The notes under the pieces are model-generated. The model searched no databases. It was not told where the DNA came from and was given only the letters and a program-made list of their open reading frames with translations. The position numbers and the translations under genes were made by a program. A stretch of 64,000 bases of DNA from the human T2T-CHM13v2.0 reference genome, Homo sapiens, in NCBI RefSeq assembly GCF_009914755.1, contig NC_060926.1. The stretch is one strand, 5' to 3'. Each line of letters starts with the position of its first letter. Positions within the stretch are counted from its first letter, which is position 1. Below are positions 40,201 to 54,647 of the stretch, piece after piece.

Positions 40201-43200
40201 CAGAGGCGCAGTCACGGAGACGCCGAGGGCACCGCCCCCTCCGCCGGACACCCGGGCCTGGCGTCCCGCCTGCGCCCCGCACCCTCCGCGCCTCCGTCGC
40301 CTGCCTCCTGGGGCCCAGAGCCCGGCCACTCCCGCTGCCCGCCTCACGAGGGGCGCTTGAGCCAGAAGGTTTTTCAGGCTCGCAGTTTTGCTGTTTGGGG
40401 AACTCAAGCTCCCTGAAATAGCCAAAACCTGAAACGCAGAGCAAGGTGGAGTGGTAAGGAAGGAAGGGAAAGATAGGGGTACTGATGGCACGCAGGGACC
40501 CAGGGAGGTCTTTGCGGGCCTCCCTAGGCTGCTTACCCTGCCCGCAGCCCACCTCCTCCTCGTTCCCCGCGCTTTTAAGACGTCCTAACTAGCTCCTCAC
40601 TTAGGCTGCGGCTAATATTTTTCCTCATGAATTAAATTGGCGGCGGCTTCCAGTTTGGAACTTTGAGACCTAGAATTTACAAATCAAGTCATTGTAATAG
40701 AATTTAAATTAAACCTATTTGAACTTACCTAAGCTCTCTTAAGGTATTAGTGAATTCACTGAGGGAACTCAGCAAGGGGACTAATTGGCAGGAAACATGC
40801 AAAGCATAAAGAAACTACCCATGCAAATAAAACGACCAAGCCCAGGAATCATGGATATTGATGTATTACTTAATACTATGTTGAATGTAAAAAATCTTGA
40901 TAAATCATAGTGCAATGTACAAGCTAATTTTATTAAGCACAAACACAAAACTAAAATTACCATCCTCTCTCATTCTTCTAGAATTCATACATGTCCAAAA
41001 TAATGAACTCCTAAGATAGGTTTTAGTCTGAACAATCAAGTAACATTCCTAAGTATGTCTGCTATGATGGGTACAAAATAAAACCAGTTAAACTCTTCTC
41101 CCTTCAGTATCCCAACCTGGCTAACTAGGATCTTACTACTTTTCTAACCTCAGGGATGCTATTTAGAAACAGAGAATGTTATTTGAATGCCCTTTCCTTC
41201 ATTCACTCTGGTTACCAGAAAAGCAAAGTTGATTCCGTTCGGATGAAATACTTATACTGGATTCTTCATTTTAGCTAATGGTTTATCTTTTTAAAACAGA
41301 ACTAGCAAGTATCAAGTAATTTAATTAATGCAATTTCTTCAGTTCCCTGTGCTTTCATAAAAACAAAACAAAACAAAAACAAACGAAAAAACAAAAAGCA
41401 AGAAGGCTAGATAACTTATTATTCAGTCCAGGAGTTGAGTATGCCATCAGAATTCTGTTTAGAAATAACTTCAAGAAAGTTTTCCAGTTCCCACATATTC
41501 CACTTCCCAACCACTTGCAATAAAGCAGTTCCAGTATATGTTATCAATAATGGTAACCATGAGTCCCAGAAACAATCCACAGAAAAATACTCATTAGCAT
41601 TTGGAGTGGGAATTCTGATCAAAATTATATACCTCTCTATAATAAATTAGCTACTGCATAAATAAATGCTAGTTCATTTCCAGGCATTTGGCTATATGAA
41701 TGGAGATTACAATAGGTTTGGGCTGCATTGAGACCATCAGAGTTATACCTACCGGAGAAATGGTCTGAAACTGAAAACAAACAAAAAACCACAAATCATA
41801 AAGGATTCTAGAGATCTAGAAGAGGAAATCAGGACTCATCAAAGTTCCAGAACTAGCTAGAACCATTCAACAAGGCTAAAACTAGTATATCTACAAAATC
41901 CACAAGTGAGCGAAATTGGAAAAAACATTGGTAGTAGTAAAAAAATGGAAAATCTGCAAATAAATAAGCAGGGCTAATTATAGATCATGAATTGGCTATC
42001 AATCTGCCCTGACACTGGCATTCTTCTAATACACTCTTATTATTGCAATGCAAATGGATACATGTGCACTTTGAGGAAAACAGCAAATATGAGAGCTGTT
42101 AAAATGTTCTTTAAAACAAAAAAAGCTCCTCATCTAGGCATCTCTCACTCCTTGGAACTGCTCCAACAAAAGAAGAGTTTTAAAGCATAAAGGTATGAAA
42201 ATGTGCACTGCAGTGTAATCTGTAGTACAGGAAACTGAAAACAACCTTGATGTTCAAAAGGAATACTTAAAACAATTAGGATATACTGAGAAGACGAAGT
42301 CTACAAAAACAGTTATGAAGGCCACGTAGAAAAAGTTACTTTTCCTGTGATGATAGCTCATGATTTTTTTATTTTTGTGAGACACGGTCTCATTCTGTCA
42401 CCTAGGCTGGAGTGCGGTGCCGTGATCTCAGTTCACTGTAACCTCTGCCTCCCACATCAGCCCCCCAAGTAGCTGGGACTACAGGCACGTACCACCACAC
42501 CCAGCTATTTTTTTCTATTTTTTTGTAGAAATAGGGTCTTTCTATGTTGCCCAGGCTGGTCTCAAACTCTTGGGCTCAAGCGATCCTAAAGTGCTGGGAT
42601 TACAGATGTGAGCCACTGCGCCTGGCCAAAATTAATTTTTTAATAAAACAAAATTGCTCTTTAGTCTTTCTGGCCACACTCCTAATTACCAAAAGTGGCC
42701 TGCGGCTTAAAGGGCTTGGTAATGACAAGTATTTCAAATATTTGAAAACAGCTTTATCATATATTTGCACCTAAACTTTCATTTACATTAATAGGTGAGT
42801 AAATTTTCCTCCTACATTTTGAAGGACAATCTGCAGTCTTTGCTTTCTAAAGGATCCATTCAGAAACTAAAGATTTATTTGACCTTATAAAAAGATAAAT
42901 AGGCTTTTTCTTCTCCTCACTTCTCATCCACCCTCAGAGAGTGGCCCATGCTGTCTTCCATGCCCAGTCAACAGTGACTTCCAAACACAGGTCAGCCTCT
43001 CCCCTCCTCCTCTAGTAAATCTTGTTACCACCCTTAACACAGTTCCTGCTGTCCTCATGCTTTTTAACACACCATATACATGTTAAGAACTATCTTAGAC
43101 CATACAAGCCATGCAACTCTTTTCTCCACCCCCTTTCTCCTTTTCCCTCCTGGTAGAAAATTTCATTTTTCCTATTGGTAAACAATTAATTCATAGGACA

Positions 43201-43984
43201 ATGTCACTAGGGAAATATCAAAGTAATAAGCGACTTCCAAACCCAGAATCAGAATCACCTGGGAGCATGTTAGGCACTCAGATTAAGGTACCCTCTTTTT
43301 AGGTCTGTGGTGGGATTCGTGTGGTTCTCAAACCTGGCTGAACAACTGAATCATCATAGAGCTTCTAATACTGTAATGCCTAAGCACCCCTGCCAGAGAA
43401 GTTTTCACTGAGGAACAGAGAGGGCACCCAGTATCTTACATCTTTGTTTAAAGTTCCCATTTAGGAACCATTGCTAAGGCAGTTTCATACAGCTTAATTA
43501 AAAAAAGCTGAAGTGGTCAACATACAACATAAAGCCTCACTTCTCAACGTGTGGCCTCAGGACCAGGAATTGATATCATGAAGTGGGAACAATGAATTCC
43601 CTGTACATTTAAACAAAATCCCCTCATGATTCTTAGGCACATCAATTTAAGAACCAATCAGTTAGGATCAGGCACGGTGGCTCACACCTGTAATCCTAGC
43701 ACTTTGGGAGTCCGATGCAGGTGGACTGCCTGAGCTCAGGAGTTTGACCCCAGCCTGGGCAACATGGTGAAACTGTCTCTACTAAAATACAAAAATCAGC
43801 CGGGCGTGGTGGTGCATGCCTATAGTCCCAGCTATTCTGGAGGCTAAGGCATGAGCATTCCTCATGGGAACATGGGAGGCAGAGGTTGCAGTAAGCCAAG
43901 ATTGTGCCATTGCACTCCAGCCTGGATGACAGAGCAAAACTCTGTCTCTCACACCTCCACACAAAAACAATCAATCACCTAGGT

Positions 43985-44170
43985 CAGTGCTAGGTGAACT
44001 TTCTGTGATGATGGAAAAGTTCATCGATATTATTCAGTGTGGTAACCACTAGCCACATGTGGCTCAAGAGTATTTAAAATATGCCGGTGAGACTGAGGGA
44101 ATACATTTTTTATTTAATTAAATATAAACAGTCAGATATGGCTAGTAGCTACTGTATTGTACAGGGCAGA
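43985..44170. mobile_element. MER3-like hAT-Charlie DNA transposon
   Basis: aactttctgtgatgatggaaaagttc...ggtaaccactagccacatgtggct...atatggctagtagctactgtattg. Confidence 0.7.
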
Positions 44171-44312
44171 TCCAGATAATTTATACTGGTCAGAGGACAT
44201 ACATTTACAGATACAAATCTATGGCTGCAAAAGGAAATCCACAGGAGTCACTGCCTACAGAACTGTCTTCTCCTCTTAATGAAGACAAAAGCCAGGTGTT
44301 AAAAAGAATCCA

Positions 44313-44318
44313 TTTATT
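44313..44318 (-). terminator. PSME4 distal polyadenylation signal AATAAA
   Basis: tttatt on the plus strand, followed on the minus strand by U/GU-rich ctggcttttgtcttc. Confidence 0.8.
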
Positions 44319-45095
44319 GGGTTTTAAACTAGTTACACAACTGAAATCAGTTTGGCACTACTTTATACAGGGATTACGCCTGTGTATGCCGACACTTAAA
44401 TACTGTACCAGGACCACTGCTGTGCTTAGGTCTGTATTCAGTCATTCAGCATGTAGATACTAAAAATATACTGTAGTGTTCCTTTAAGGAAGACTGTACA
44501 GGGTGTGTTGCAAGATGACATTCACCAATTTGTGAATTATTTCAACCCAGAAGATACCTTTCACTCTATAAACTTGTCATAGGCAAACATGTGGTGTTAG
44601 CATTGAGAGATGCACACAAAAATGTTACATAAAAGTTCAGACATTCTAATGATAAGTGAACTGAAAAAAAAAAACCCCACATCTCAGTTTTTGTAACAAG
44701 ATAAAGAAAATAATTTAAAAACACAAAAAATGGCATTCAGTGGGTACAAAGCCCAAAATCACTATAATAAAGAACTACATGTGAATCTTTACAAATTACA
44801 CAATGATGTTGTGTAAAAGGTTGCATCTGTACAATGTCTTGCCAATGCTATCTCTACAGTTTATACACTCTTTTACATTTATATAACATATTAAACAAAT
44901 CAATTAAATATTAAGCCTTATTAGTCTCTCAACGATTCTGCAGGCAAAATAAAAAGGGAGAGAGAATAAAATAAATAAAAAAATTACAAAATTTCCACAA
45001 ACACAGCAGTCTTCCATTTAGGTGAAGTATAATAATTTTCAGAGGGTCAAAAAATAGTTGTAAAGAATACAGGGAAAAAACAGCCAGTCAGGGTT

Positions 45096-45117
45096 TTTAT
45101 TGTTGTTGCTGTTTATT
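45096..45117 (-). terminator. Twin AATAAA, candidate proximal PSME4 poly(A) site
   Basis: tttatt at 45096-45101 and 45112-45117 with U-rich downstream sequence on the minus strand. Confidence 0.55.
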
Positions 45118-46316
45118 TTTAAAATCACACATTGAATACACACAACAATCAGATTTCTTCACCAAACCCCCAATTTTTTAGCAACTGGCTCTATTCAGCA
45201 CCAAAAACTCCAGTCTGTGGGAAGTGCACAGACACAGACTTCACTTCTGTGTCTTGGTCGAGCAATCCATCAGGTCATTGGTTAGGTTCAGGACTTGCCC
45301 TCTTTTCCTTCCCTCTTCATGGCTCTCCAGACCCAAGGTTCTCAAGGCTTCAGATTTATGGCCCACAGCCCCTATTACCACCTAAATCCAGCAGCCATTT
45401 GGGAAGAATTCAAAATAATTTGAGATGAATGAAATGACAGGACCTGTATTACAGATGGGTATTCTCCATTCCAAGTAAACTGTTTCTTAATGAGTTCTGA
45501 GACTCTGGTCTTGGATGCCATGATCATACTGGGTAATTATTTCTAGTCTGAGACTTTGTGACTTTGTCAGATGCCTCAAAAAAAAAAGTGATCAGTATTC
45601 TGGAAACACTTCCGGACAAGTTGGGAAATCAAATGGCAACTGAGAAGCTGTGGAATGCAGACTAACGAGATCTAACACAGAAACCACCAAAATGATGAGA
45701 GCTCAGCAGAGGCAGTTTTAAAACTTGCAGAGAGCCACCACAGATGGTACCTGAGGGTGTGGAATTTTTGATGAAAAGAGCCTGAAGTGAGGACTAGTCA
45801 TCTGTATCAGGGAGGAAAAAATTTCAATTAGGTAACAAGACATCCAACTCTAAAAGCCTAATAAATGAAATTTTTATTCTTCCTATTCCAGTAGAAAGGC
45901 TTCTGGGTACTCCCTCTTTAACAGAATGGGTGTAAGAATCCAGATCAAGTTCTCACAACTTTTAGAACCCAGAGTCCTCAGGGCCACACAAAATGTCCCA
46001 GCCCCACCCAGGAGGCAACCAAGAATAAGATGTATTTTCCTTTATCTAACTATTCCCAGGCTGACACCACTCATTTACAAAGGTCCAAAAGCAGTCACAC
46101 ATTTTCTCTGCTTTAAACCTAAAGCAAGGAGGCACAGCAAAATTCTCATTTCCAATGGCCGTAGCAAAAGCCATGTTTAAAAACAAACAATCCCCGCCAT
46201 CCAACTTTATCTAAACACTGACATCTAAGAATGTCAGCAAAAAGAAAAAAAACAATAAATATCTAGTTCTCAGTCACCAAACCAATGTAAATTCAGAACT
46301 TTGCTGACTTACCTTT

Positions 46317-46451
46317 CTATGCATAATAGCATGGTGACACAAGAAGATCGGTGAGAACAAGCAGTTGGTCATCAGTGAATTGCTGTTTATGTTCCTGCCA
46401 GTTGTCATGGTGAGTCCTTCGGAAATTGGATAAGGTTTTTTTTACAGTCAT
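46317..46451 (-). CDS. PSME4: PSME4 last coding exon: [44 protein letters not shown] (exon continues 4 nt to 46313)
   Basis: ctttacag|ATG acceptor; TAG at 46317-46319; donor AAG|gtaagt at 46313; C-terminal YYA is the 20S-docking motif of PA200/Blm10. Confidence 0.96.
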   Translation of the reverse strand: MTVKKTLSNFRRTHHDNWQEHKQQFTDDQLLVLTDLLVSPCYYA

Positions 46452-46974
46452 CTGTAAAGTAGACAACCCACATACGTTTTAACCTCTCTGGACAACCAGG
46501 ATCATATGTAGGATACTTTTAGTTAAATTACCGTCCCTCTAGACTTCAGATCTCACACAATACCAAGTTCTACAAAACCAAAAAGCCAATGAGAAGGACA
46601 AAGTGAATGGTCTTTTGAGTTACTAAAAATGCCATCATAATTTCCTATTTAATATTAGCTTCCAGTAAAATACTTTGCAGTGCTAGAAAAATAGAAACAT
46701 AAAATTTATCACAACAATATTGACAGTACTTTACTTCCATTGGACTGGGAGGGATAGAAGCTACAATAATTTCCTCACTACCAAAAGATCTCAAATATCC
46801 ATGGCAGCAAGGTCTCTGTAATTTTTTAATAATTACTGGTGAGCAGACTAAGCCTTGGCAGAGGCAGCAGCTTTATGAAAGCAGTTAGTTCAGAGTGTAT
46901 AGGAAATTATTATTATGGTTTCTTAGAAAACATCACTGATAATACACGTACAAACTAATAAGGAAGAACTGTAC

Positions 46975-47108
46975 CTCAATAGGCTGAGGATCATTTAGAT
47001 GTGCACTGAGATTCATGAGGAGCTGGGGCATCCAGGTGGGAACATCGTAAGGACTAGAAAGAACACATGCACCAAGTCCTAGCACCCCAGCATGGCGTTT
47101 GACCAACT
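46975..47108 (-). CDS. PSME4: PSME4 coding exon, 134 nt: (E)[44 protein letters not shown]
   Basis: ctctttgcag|AG acceptor and GAG|gtacag donor; phase 1/0; conserved PA200/Blm10 C-terminal HAGVLGL...PY..P.W motif. Confidence 0.95.
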
Positions 47109-47294
47109 CTGCAAAGAGAATAGCAACATTTGTGCAAATATATATATGTCTCTAATGCACTTGTTACAGTGAGATAAAATTAGTTTTCAATTGTGTTGTT
47201 TTCAATATGTGAATTTCTGCATTTAAAATGAATCTACATGTAAACACATCAAATACTTGATTTTGAGGCTAAACTAAAAATAATTCTGTATTTA

Positions 47295-47785
<491 letters not shown>

Positions 47786-48575
47786 CTAGACAAGAGGCTG
47801 AGGCAGGAGGATCGCTTGAGCCTGGGAGGTCAAGGCTGCAGTGAGCCATATTCAAAACCACTGCACTCCAAGGAGGGCGATAGAGGAAGACCTTACCTCA
47901 AAAAAAAAAAAAAAAAGGATTTTTAAAGACTTCCATAGTTGCTTATCAATGACAGCATAATTGTACCTAGGCCAGTACAATCCCTGATTCTAAAACAATC
48001 TCCAATCAAAATTAGCGTGGTTTTTTTTTTCTGGATGTGACGCCCCTACCCAGAATACATCAATTCATTAGTAAACACATCATGTATGAAGAATGTCTAT
48101 TTCTTAAAACAGAGAATTGCAGCATGTCTGTATTCTAAAGAGTCTCTATTCTTTCTGTAGTAGTGTAAGTTAGTTCTGTAGTGGTGTAAGTGGTTTCAAA
48201 TTCTCAGTTCCTCAATAAAGGTGTGTGTATTCACATGTTTTAAAGCATATTACATTTGTATTTGTGACACATGGAAAATAGGGAGTTGAAGGTAAGGAAA
48301 AGAGAATTTGGACTGGTCAAAATTGTGAACAATATCATTTGGTGTAACAAAAGACCTAAAAATACTTTGGTGCTTTATCATTAAAAAAACAGAGTTCTCA
48401 GGCCATGTGCTGTGGCTCACGTCTGTAATCCCAGTATTCTAGAAGGCCCAGGTGGGTGGATCACTTGAGGTCAGGAGTTCAAGACCAGCCTGATCAACAT
48501 GGTGAAACTCTACTAAAAATACAAAAAATTAGCCAGGTGTAGTAGCGCGCGCCTGCAATCCTAGCTACTCGGCTA

Positions 48576-48781
<206 letters not shown>

Positions 48782-49532
48782 CCCAAAAAGCAAAGATACT
48801 AGAATGTACATTGATATTTTATTGGATTCTGTTACTAGGTAACTTTATGACATAATTAAGACACTAATCAGCAGTAAAAGCTTTATATTTAAGCACTTCC
48901 TCTAAATTCAATAAAATTCCTACTTACTATTAATCTTTTTATGTATTTTCTATTATGATTACAGTTAACATGGCAAGATGCATCTTTGTAATCACATTTA
49001 CATTTCTTTTTAAACATGACATAGTAGTCAGATCTTATTCTCGTGTTTATCTTGTGTCTATATTCAATTAGATTGGAAGCTCCTGCAATGACTCCGCACC
49101 CTCTCACCAAAGGACTAATGAAGGACCGAATAATCCCCTCTCCAAATAAAAAACAAGGCTTGCTTTAGTTTTTTCTGTTAGTACATCTACATTTAAGTTC
49201 TAAATTCCAAAACAGGTTTTTCAGACCCTCCAAAATAACTAATTCTGAATATCTCTTTTTTATGAAGCTATTCTGGGCGGAGGGTAGACTGAATACAATA
49301 GTTGTTAGGTAGCAGTTCTACAGGTTCCTTTCTATCTACCTCAATTTTAGCTTTTCTACATTCCAAGTCCTGCTTTCTATATGCAAAACTCCTCAAAAGT
49401 AGGGAAAACTTTTCCCAATACCTAGCATAGACCTGGGCACATACATACAAGTTATTCAATAAATATGAGTAAGCCTGGTTAACCCTCATTAATTCCCAAT
49501 AGGATACAGGTGTTTCCTACCAGCAATGTTAC

Positions 49533-49695
49533 CTGCAGAAGGAATGGTATCTCCTACAGAACCAGGGTCTCGCTTTCTTTTCTTAGGTAGTTTTGTTTTG
49601 CAAAGTTGCTCAAAATGAATCTGCATAGGACTGTCCATGGTAAGAAAGTTACACTGTAGCAGACCGCTTAAGGTAGTAGCAGCCATTTCTCGAAC
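49533..49695 (-). CDS. PSME4: PSME4 coding exon, 163 nt: [54 protein letters not shown](E)
   Basis: tctacag|GTT acceptor and CAG|gtaaca donor; phase 0/1; overlaps ORF-track 49489..49686; contains the basic NLS-like KKRKR. Confidence 0.93.
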
Positions 49696-50449
49696 CTGTA
49701 GATATAATAATTTCTATTAGGACTGACATTCTAAGTCTGAGGGAATAATGGAGGATAGGGGGTAGTGTGGGAACTGGGGTGAAGACCTTCCCTGAAATTG
49801 CATGCAAATTTTGTGTATGCTCTTTGGCAGTTTCTTAATAGAGATTTCAGCAGATTCTCAAAGAGTTTGTGGCCTCATAATGGATAAAAACTACATTAGG
49901 GTTATGAGCATAAACTTTTATCTCTTTTAGCAAAATTAAATTTCTCCATAAATTATTTTCCCTACTGATAGCTCTCATCAGGGCTATAACTGTAAAAGCA
50001 GTGCCAGAACCTGACATTAAGATCAAGTTTTTCCAGACTCTACATCTCTGAAGGCCACTGCTATAGCTATTTTTGTTAGTAACAAAGACACAGACCAACC
50101 TAATTTCTGTAATTGGCATACATCATGGAGATTTACATCCTATGTGATTCTTATGAATTTCACAGGCTGCTGTCAGATCACAAACACAGTTTACAAAAGT
50201 ACTAAATGAAGCGTGTACACAGTCCATTTCAAATTGGAATGGTAACTCAACTTTTGGGAAAACAAAAAAGCGGTAAAAAGACATTGTTTCACATATAAAT
50301 CACAAACATTTGTTTAATATTCATAATACACAATGATAATTTTAAAAAACAGATGTTTTGCTCTGTTGTATTCCTTCAAAAGGTTTCTCATAATTTTATC
50401 ATCGTCTGTCGAGTACGTAACATGTTCTTTGCTGCGTTCATTACACTAG

Positions 50450-50713
<264 letters not shown>

Positions 50714-52091
50714 TAGTAGAGATGGGGTTTCACCGTGTTAGCCAGGATGGTCTTGATCTTCTGACCTCGTGATCCGCCCACGTCAGCCTCCTAAAGTGCT
50801 GCGATTACAGGCATGAGCTACCGCACCCAGCCACCAAAGTTTATTTTCATAAATACTGACTAGATTGCTTTCATATTCTCAGTACTATGCTATATTCTTA
50901 ATTTGTGTAACTTTTCATATTACAGTATATATTTTCAATATACTCCATTTTTATTTTTTTATTTTTTGTAGACACAGGTCTCACTTTTTTTTTTGTTGCC
51001 CAGGCTGATCTCCAACTCGTGGGCTCAAGCAATCCTCCTGCCTTGGCCTCCCAAAGTGCTGGGATTACAGGCGTAAGCCTCTGTGCCCGGCCTGCAGTAT
51101 ATTTTCTTAGAATAGATTACAAAAATTGGGATTAGTAAGTTTAAAGATATAAACAATTTTACAGCTAATTTTATGGCTATTAGTTGCTTTTCAAAAAAGC
51201 TAGTGCTAACATATAATGACACAAAACTTAAATGTGAACTACCAGTTATACCTTACACTGCTTTTCATCACTACACATTTTTGTTTTGTGAAGGGAGGAA
51301 AACACTAAATTAGGAGTAGCTAAAAATGCCTCACTGTTTCAAGTTTGCATTTTCCTGGTCATTGGGAGGTGTGACTTTTCACTGCTTATAGCAAGTAATG
51401 TCTTTATCTGTATACTTTTTTTTTTTGAGATGGAGTCTCGCTCTGTCACCAGGATGGAGTGCAGTGGCACGATCTTGGCTCACTGCAAGCTCCACATCCT
51501 GGGTTGATGCCATTCTCTTGCCTCAGCCTCCCAAGTAGCTGGGACTACAGCTACAACCTGCTGCCACGCCTGGCTAATTTTTTTGTATTTTTAGTAGAGA
51601 TGGGGTTTCACCATGTTAGCCAGGATGGTCTCGATCTCCTGACCTCGTGATCCGCCCACCTCGGCCTCCCAAAGTGCTGGGATTACAGGCATGAGCCACC
51701 ACGCCCGGCTATCTGCATACATTATTACAATACCACCACCACTCTGAGTAGTCAGATCTGTGCATGTTTTGATGTGACGTCTATTAACTCAAAGGCTTAG
51801 AAAGTCATCTCTGCTCCTATTACGTTCCTATAAATAATATCCAAATCCACTTTCTCCTAATTTATTTTTTAAAGCCGGAGGTGGTGATTGGCAGGGCATG
51901 GTGGCTCACGCCTGTATCCTAGTACTTTGGGAGGCCCAGGCGGGTGGATCACCTGAGGTCAGGAGTTTGAGACCAGCCTGGCCAACATGGTAAAACCCCG
52001 TCTCTACTAAAAATATAAAAATTAGCTGGGCATGGTGGTAGGTGTCTGTAATCCCAGCTACTCAGGAGGCTGAAGCAGGAGAATCGCTTCA

Positions 52092-52235
<144 letters not shown>

Positions 52236-54491
52236 TTAATTTATTTTTCTCTTACTTCAAATTGCTAACAAATGATCCCCAACACCTCCAACTGATTTAT
52301 GCTCTTTTCCAGTGACAGGGTCTACTTCTGAGATATTTTACTCCAGGGTACATGTCTATAATTAACTAACTTTAAAAAGTGAGGAAAGAATATATTTAGC
52401 CTTCTCAGCTAAAAACATACTATTTTCCTCTATTTCTAAGAAGTTTCCTTTAAATACAGTAAGGTTTCTTTAAACAGTTCTCATTTAGATAACATTGTTT
52501 TTCCCCATACTATCAACGAACAGAATTTAGCGAATTATTACTGCTTTTTGGTTTTACATGTTGCTTTAAAAATATGATAGTTTTAATGATCATGGTTATG
52601 TTTATATAACAGCTATGTTTAAACCTCTATATGGAAGAAAATATAAAAATAATTTATAAGGCCAAGGCGGGTAGATTGCTTGGGCCCAGGAGTTTGAGAC
52701 CAGCCTGGGCAGTATGGCAAAACCTTGCCTCTACAAAATCACAAAAAAAGTAATTCCGTGTGGTGGCAAATACCCATAGTCCCAGCTACTCAGGAGGCTG
52801 AGGTGGGAGGATCACTTGAGCTCAGGAGGCAGAGGCTGCAGTGAGCCATAATTGTGCCACTGCACTACAGCCTGGACAACAAAGCAAGACTTGGTCTCAA
52901 AAAAAAAAAAAAAAAAAAAAAGAGAAACCATAAAAATGTTCTAAAAGAAGCTCCTAAATGCAAGCGGTATAATAATTAAAGTTAGGAAACAATGACAAGG
53001 TCATTGTTTCCACTCCTTTAGGTTAGTTTTTAAAGAATAATAAGAAATTAAAAAAAAAAATCACAGCTGTAAATATTTTAATTGAAGTCTGTTAAGAGTT
53101 GTTATAACCAGGCCAGGCGTGGTGGCTCACGACTGTAATCCCAGCACTTTGGGAAGCTGAGACAGGCAGATCACTAGGTCAGGAGATCGAGACCATCCTG
53201 GCTAACATGGTGAAACCCCGTCTCTACTAAAAATACAAAAAATTAGCCAGGCATGGTGGCGGGCGCCTGTGGTCCCAGCTACTTGGGATGGCTGAGGCAG
53301 GAGAATGGCGTGAACCCAGGAGGCGGAGCTTGCAGTGAGCTGAGAGCGTGCCACTGCACTCCAGCCTGGGTAACAGCGAGACTCCGTCTCAAAAAAAAAA
53401 GAAAAAAAAAAACAGTTGTTATAACCAGTCTGTGAGTACCACCGGGACTAGAAAATATCCACTCTCAGAATATAAGAAATATAAATAGACTCATTAGGGA
53501 GGTAGAGAAATTTCCATTCCTACTTTCCTGTGAGTAAAATCTATTTTCAATACCAATAAGTATATAAAATACTGTGAGTACTTTACTACAAGACAAAACT
53601 ATGAAGTCCATAAAATAAGCAAAATTTTCACCAAAAATTCCATTACATTTTCTTCCTTAATGCCAACTTAAAAAGTAGTATCTCATGCCATATTTACTGC
53701 CAACATGCTCTTACATTTGGCTGTATGGGATAATACATTATCTTTTTGTACAAACCATTAATGTAACCTCACCACAAAAGTTACCTTTTTCTACCAAAGA
53801 AAAACAAAAAAAGGACAGCAAACCTGTATTAAGTCTACTGGATAGCAGCGCCTATGTGTAGATTTTTAATCCCTTTGAAACTGCCATCATGCACATTCTC
53901 ATGAGTTCCTTAAAAATCAGTAGGACTAGTGGGACAATTACAATTATCATCCCCAATTTCTCATGGTTAAGAAAACTTGGGTTCAGGAGTATTATTTGCC
54001 CAACTGCAAAGAAGACAGAACGAAAACATGCCCAATTTTTCTTCCATTTGTATTATAAGGAATCATGATTAGGGTATCAAAATTACTCACATAGGGCTAT
54101 GTTAAAATTAAAGTTATTTTTATTTAATTTTTTTGAGACAGGGTCTCACTCTGCTGCTCAGGATGAATGCAGTGGTACAATCACAGCTCACTGCAGGCTC
54201 AACCTCCAGGCTTAAGCGATCCTCCGACCTCGACCTCCTGAATAGCTGGGATCACAGGTGCACACCATCATGTCCAGCTAATTTTGGTACTTTTTGTAGA
54301 GACAGTCTTGCTACGTTGTCCAGGCTGGTCTCAAACTCCTGGCATCAAGTGATCTCACTGACTTCGTCTCTCAAAGAGTTGAGGTTATAAATATAAACAA
54401 TTGCACCTGGCCGCAAATACTTATTAAAAAGGGAACCATGATGGTTTCTTTAAATTGACTGAATTTCCGTTTTCTATAACTTAAATTTTAC

Positions 54492-54647
54492 CTCCAGTTG
54501 TTCGTCCTCCAAAAGACTTATAACCAGCCACCTGATATCTTTAACTGCATCTTCATTGTTTAGGAAAATAAAGAGGTTATAAAATACCATGGTCTGGAGG
54601 TAGGTCAGTACTGTGTATCGTGCATGCCAAGAACTGCTTCTTGCTGT
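54492..54647 (-). CDS. PSME4: PSME4 coding exon, 156 nt: [52 protein letters not shown]
   Basis: ttcacag|ACA acceptor and GAG|gtaaaa donor; open frame, phase 0/0; HEAT-repeat-like sequence. Confidence 0.93.

Larger units (their letters stand above)
39650..40650. promoter_or_regulatory. CpG island / GPR75 promoter with GC boxes
   Basis: Abrupt GC- and CpG-rich ~1 kb segment in otherwise AT-rich, CpG-depleted DNA; CCGCCC boxes (e.g. ~40073, ~40232); surrounds the exon 1 donor. Confidence 0.9.
44290..45801 (-). other. PSME4: PSME4 terminal 3'UTR exon (~1.5 kb)
   Basis: Acceptor ttttttcctccctgatacag|ATGACTAG at 45801; no recognisable repeats, U-rich; AATAAA at 44313-44318. The 3' end is approximate. 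Confidence 0.85.

Noticed and set aside
39612-40552. 226-aa, 173-aa and other ORFs in the CpG island
   Set aside because: Stop-poor GC-rich DNA gives long Ala/Gly/Pro/Arg frames by chance; only the ATG-to-donor segments in exon 1 are supported.
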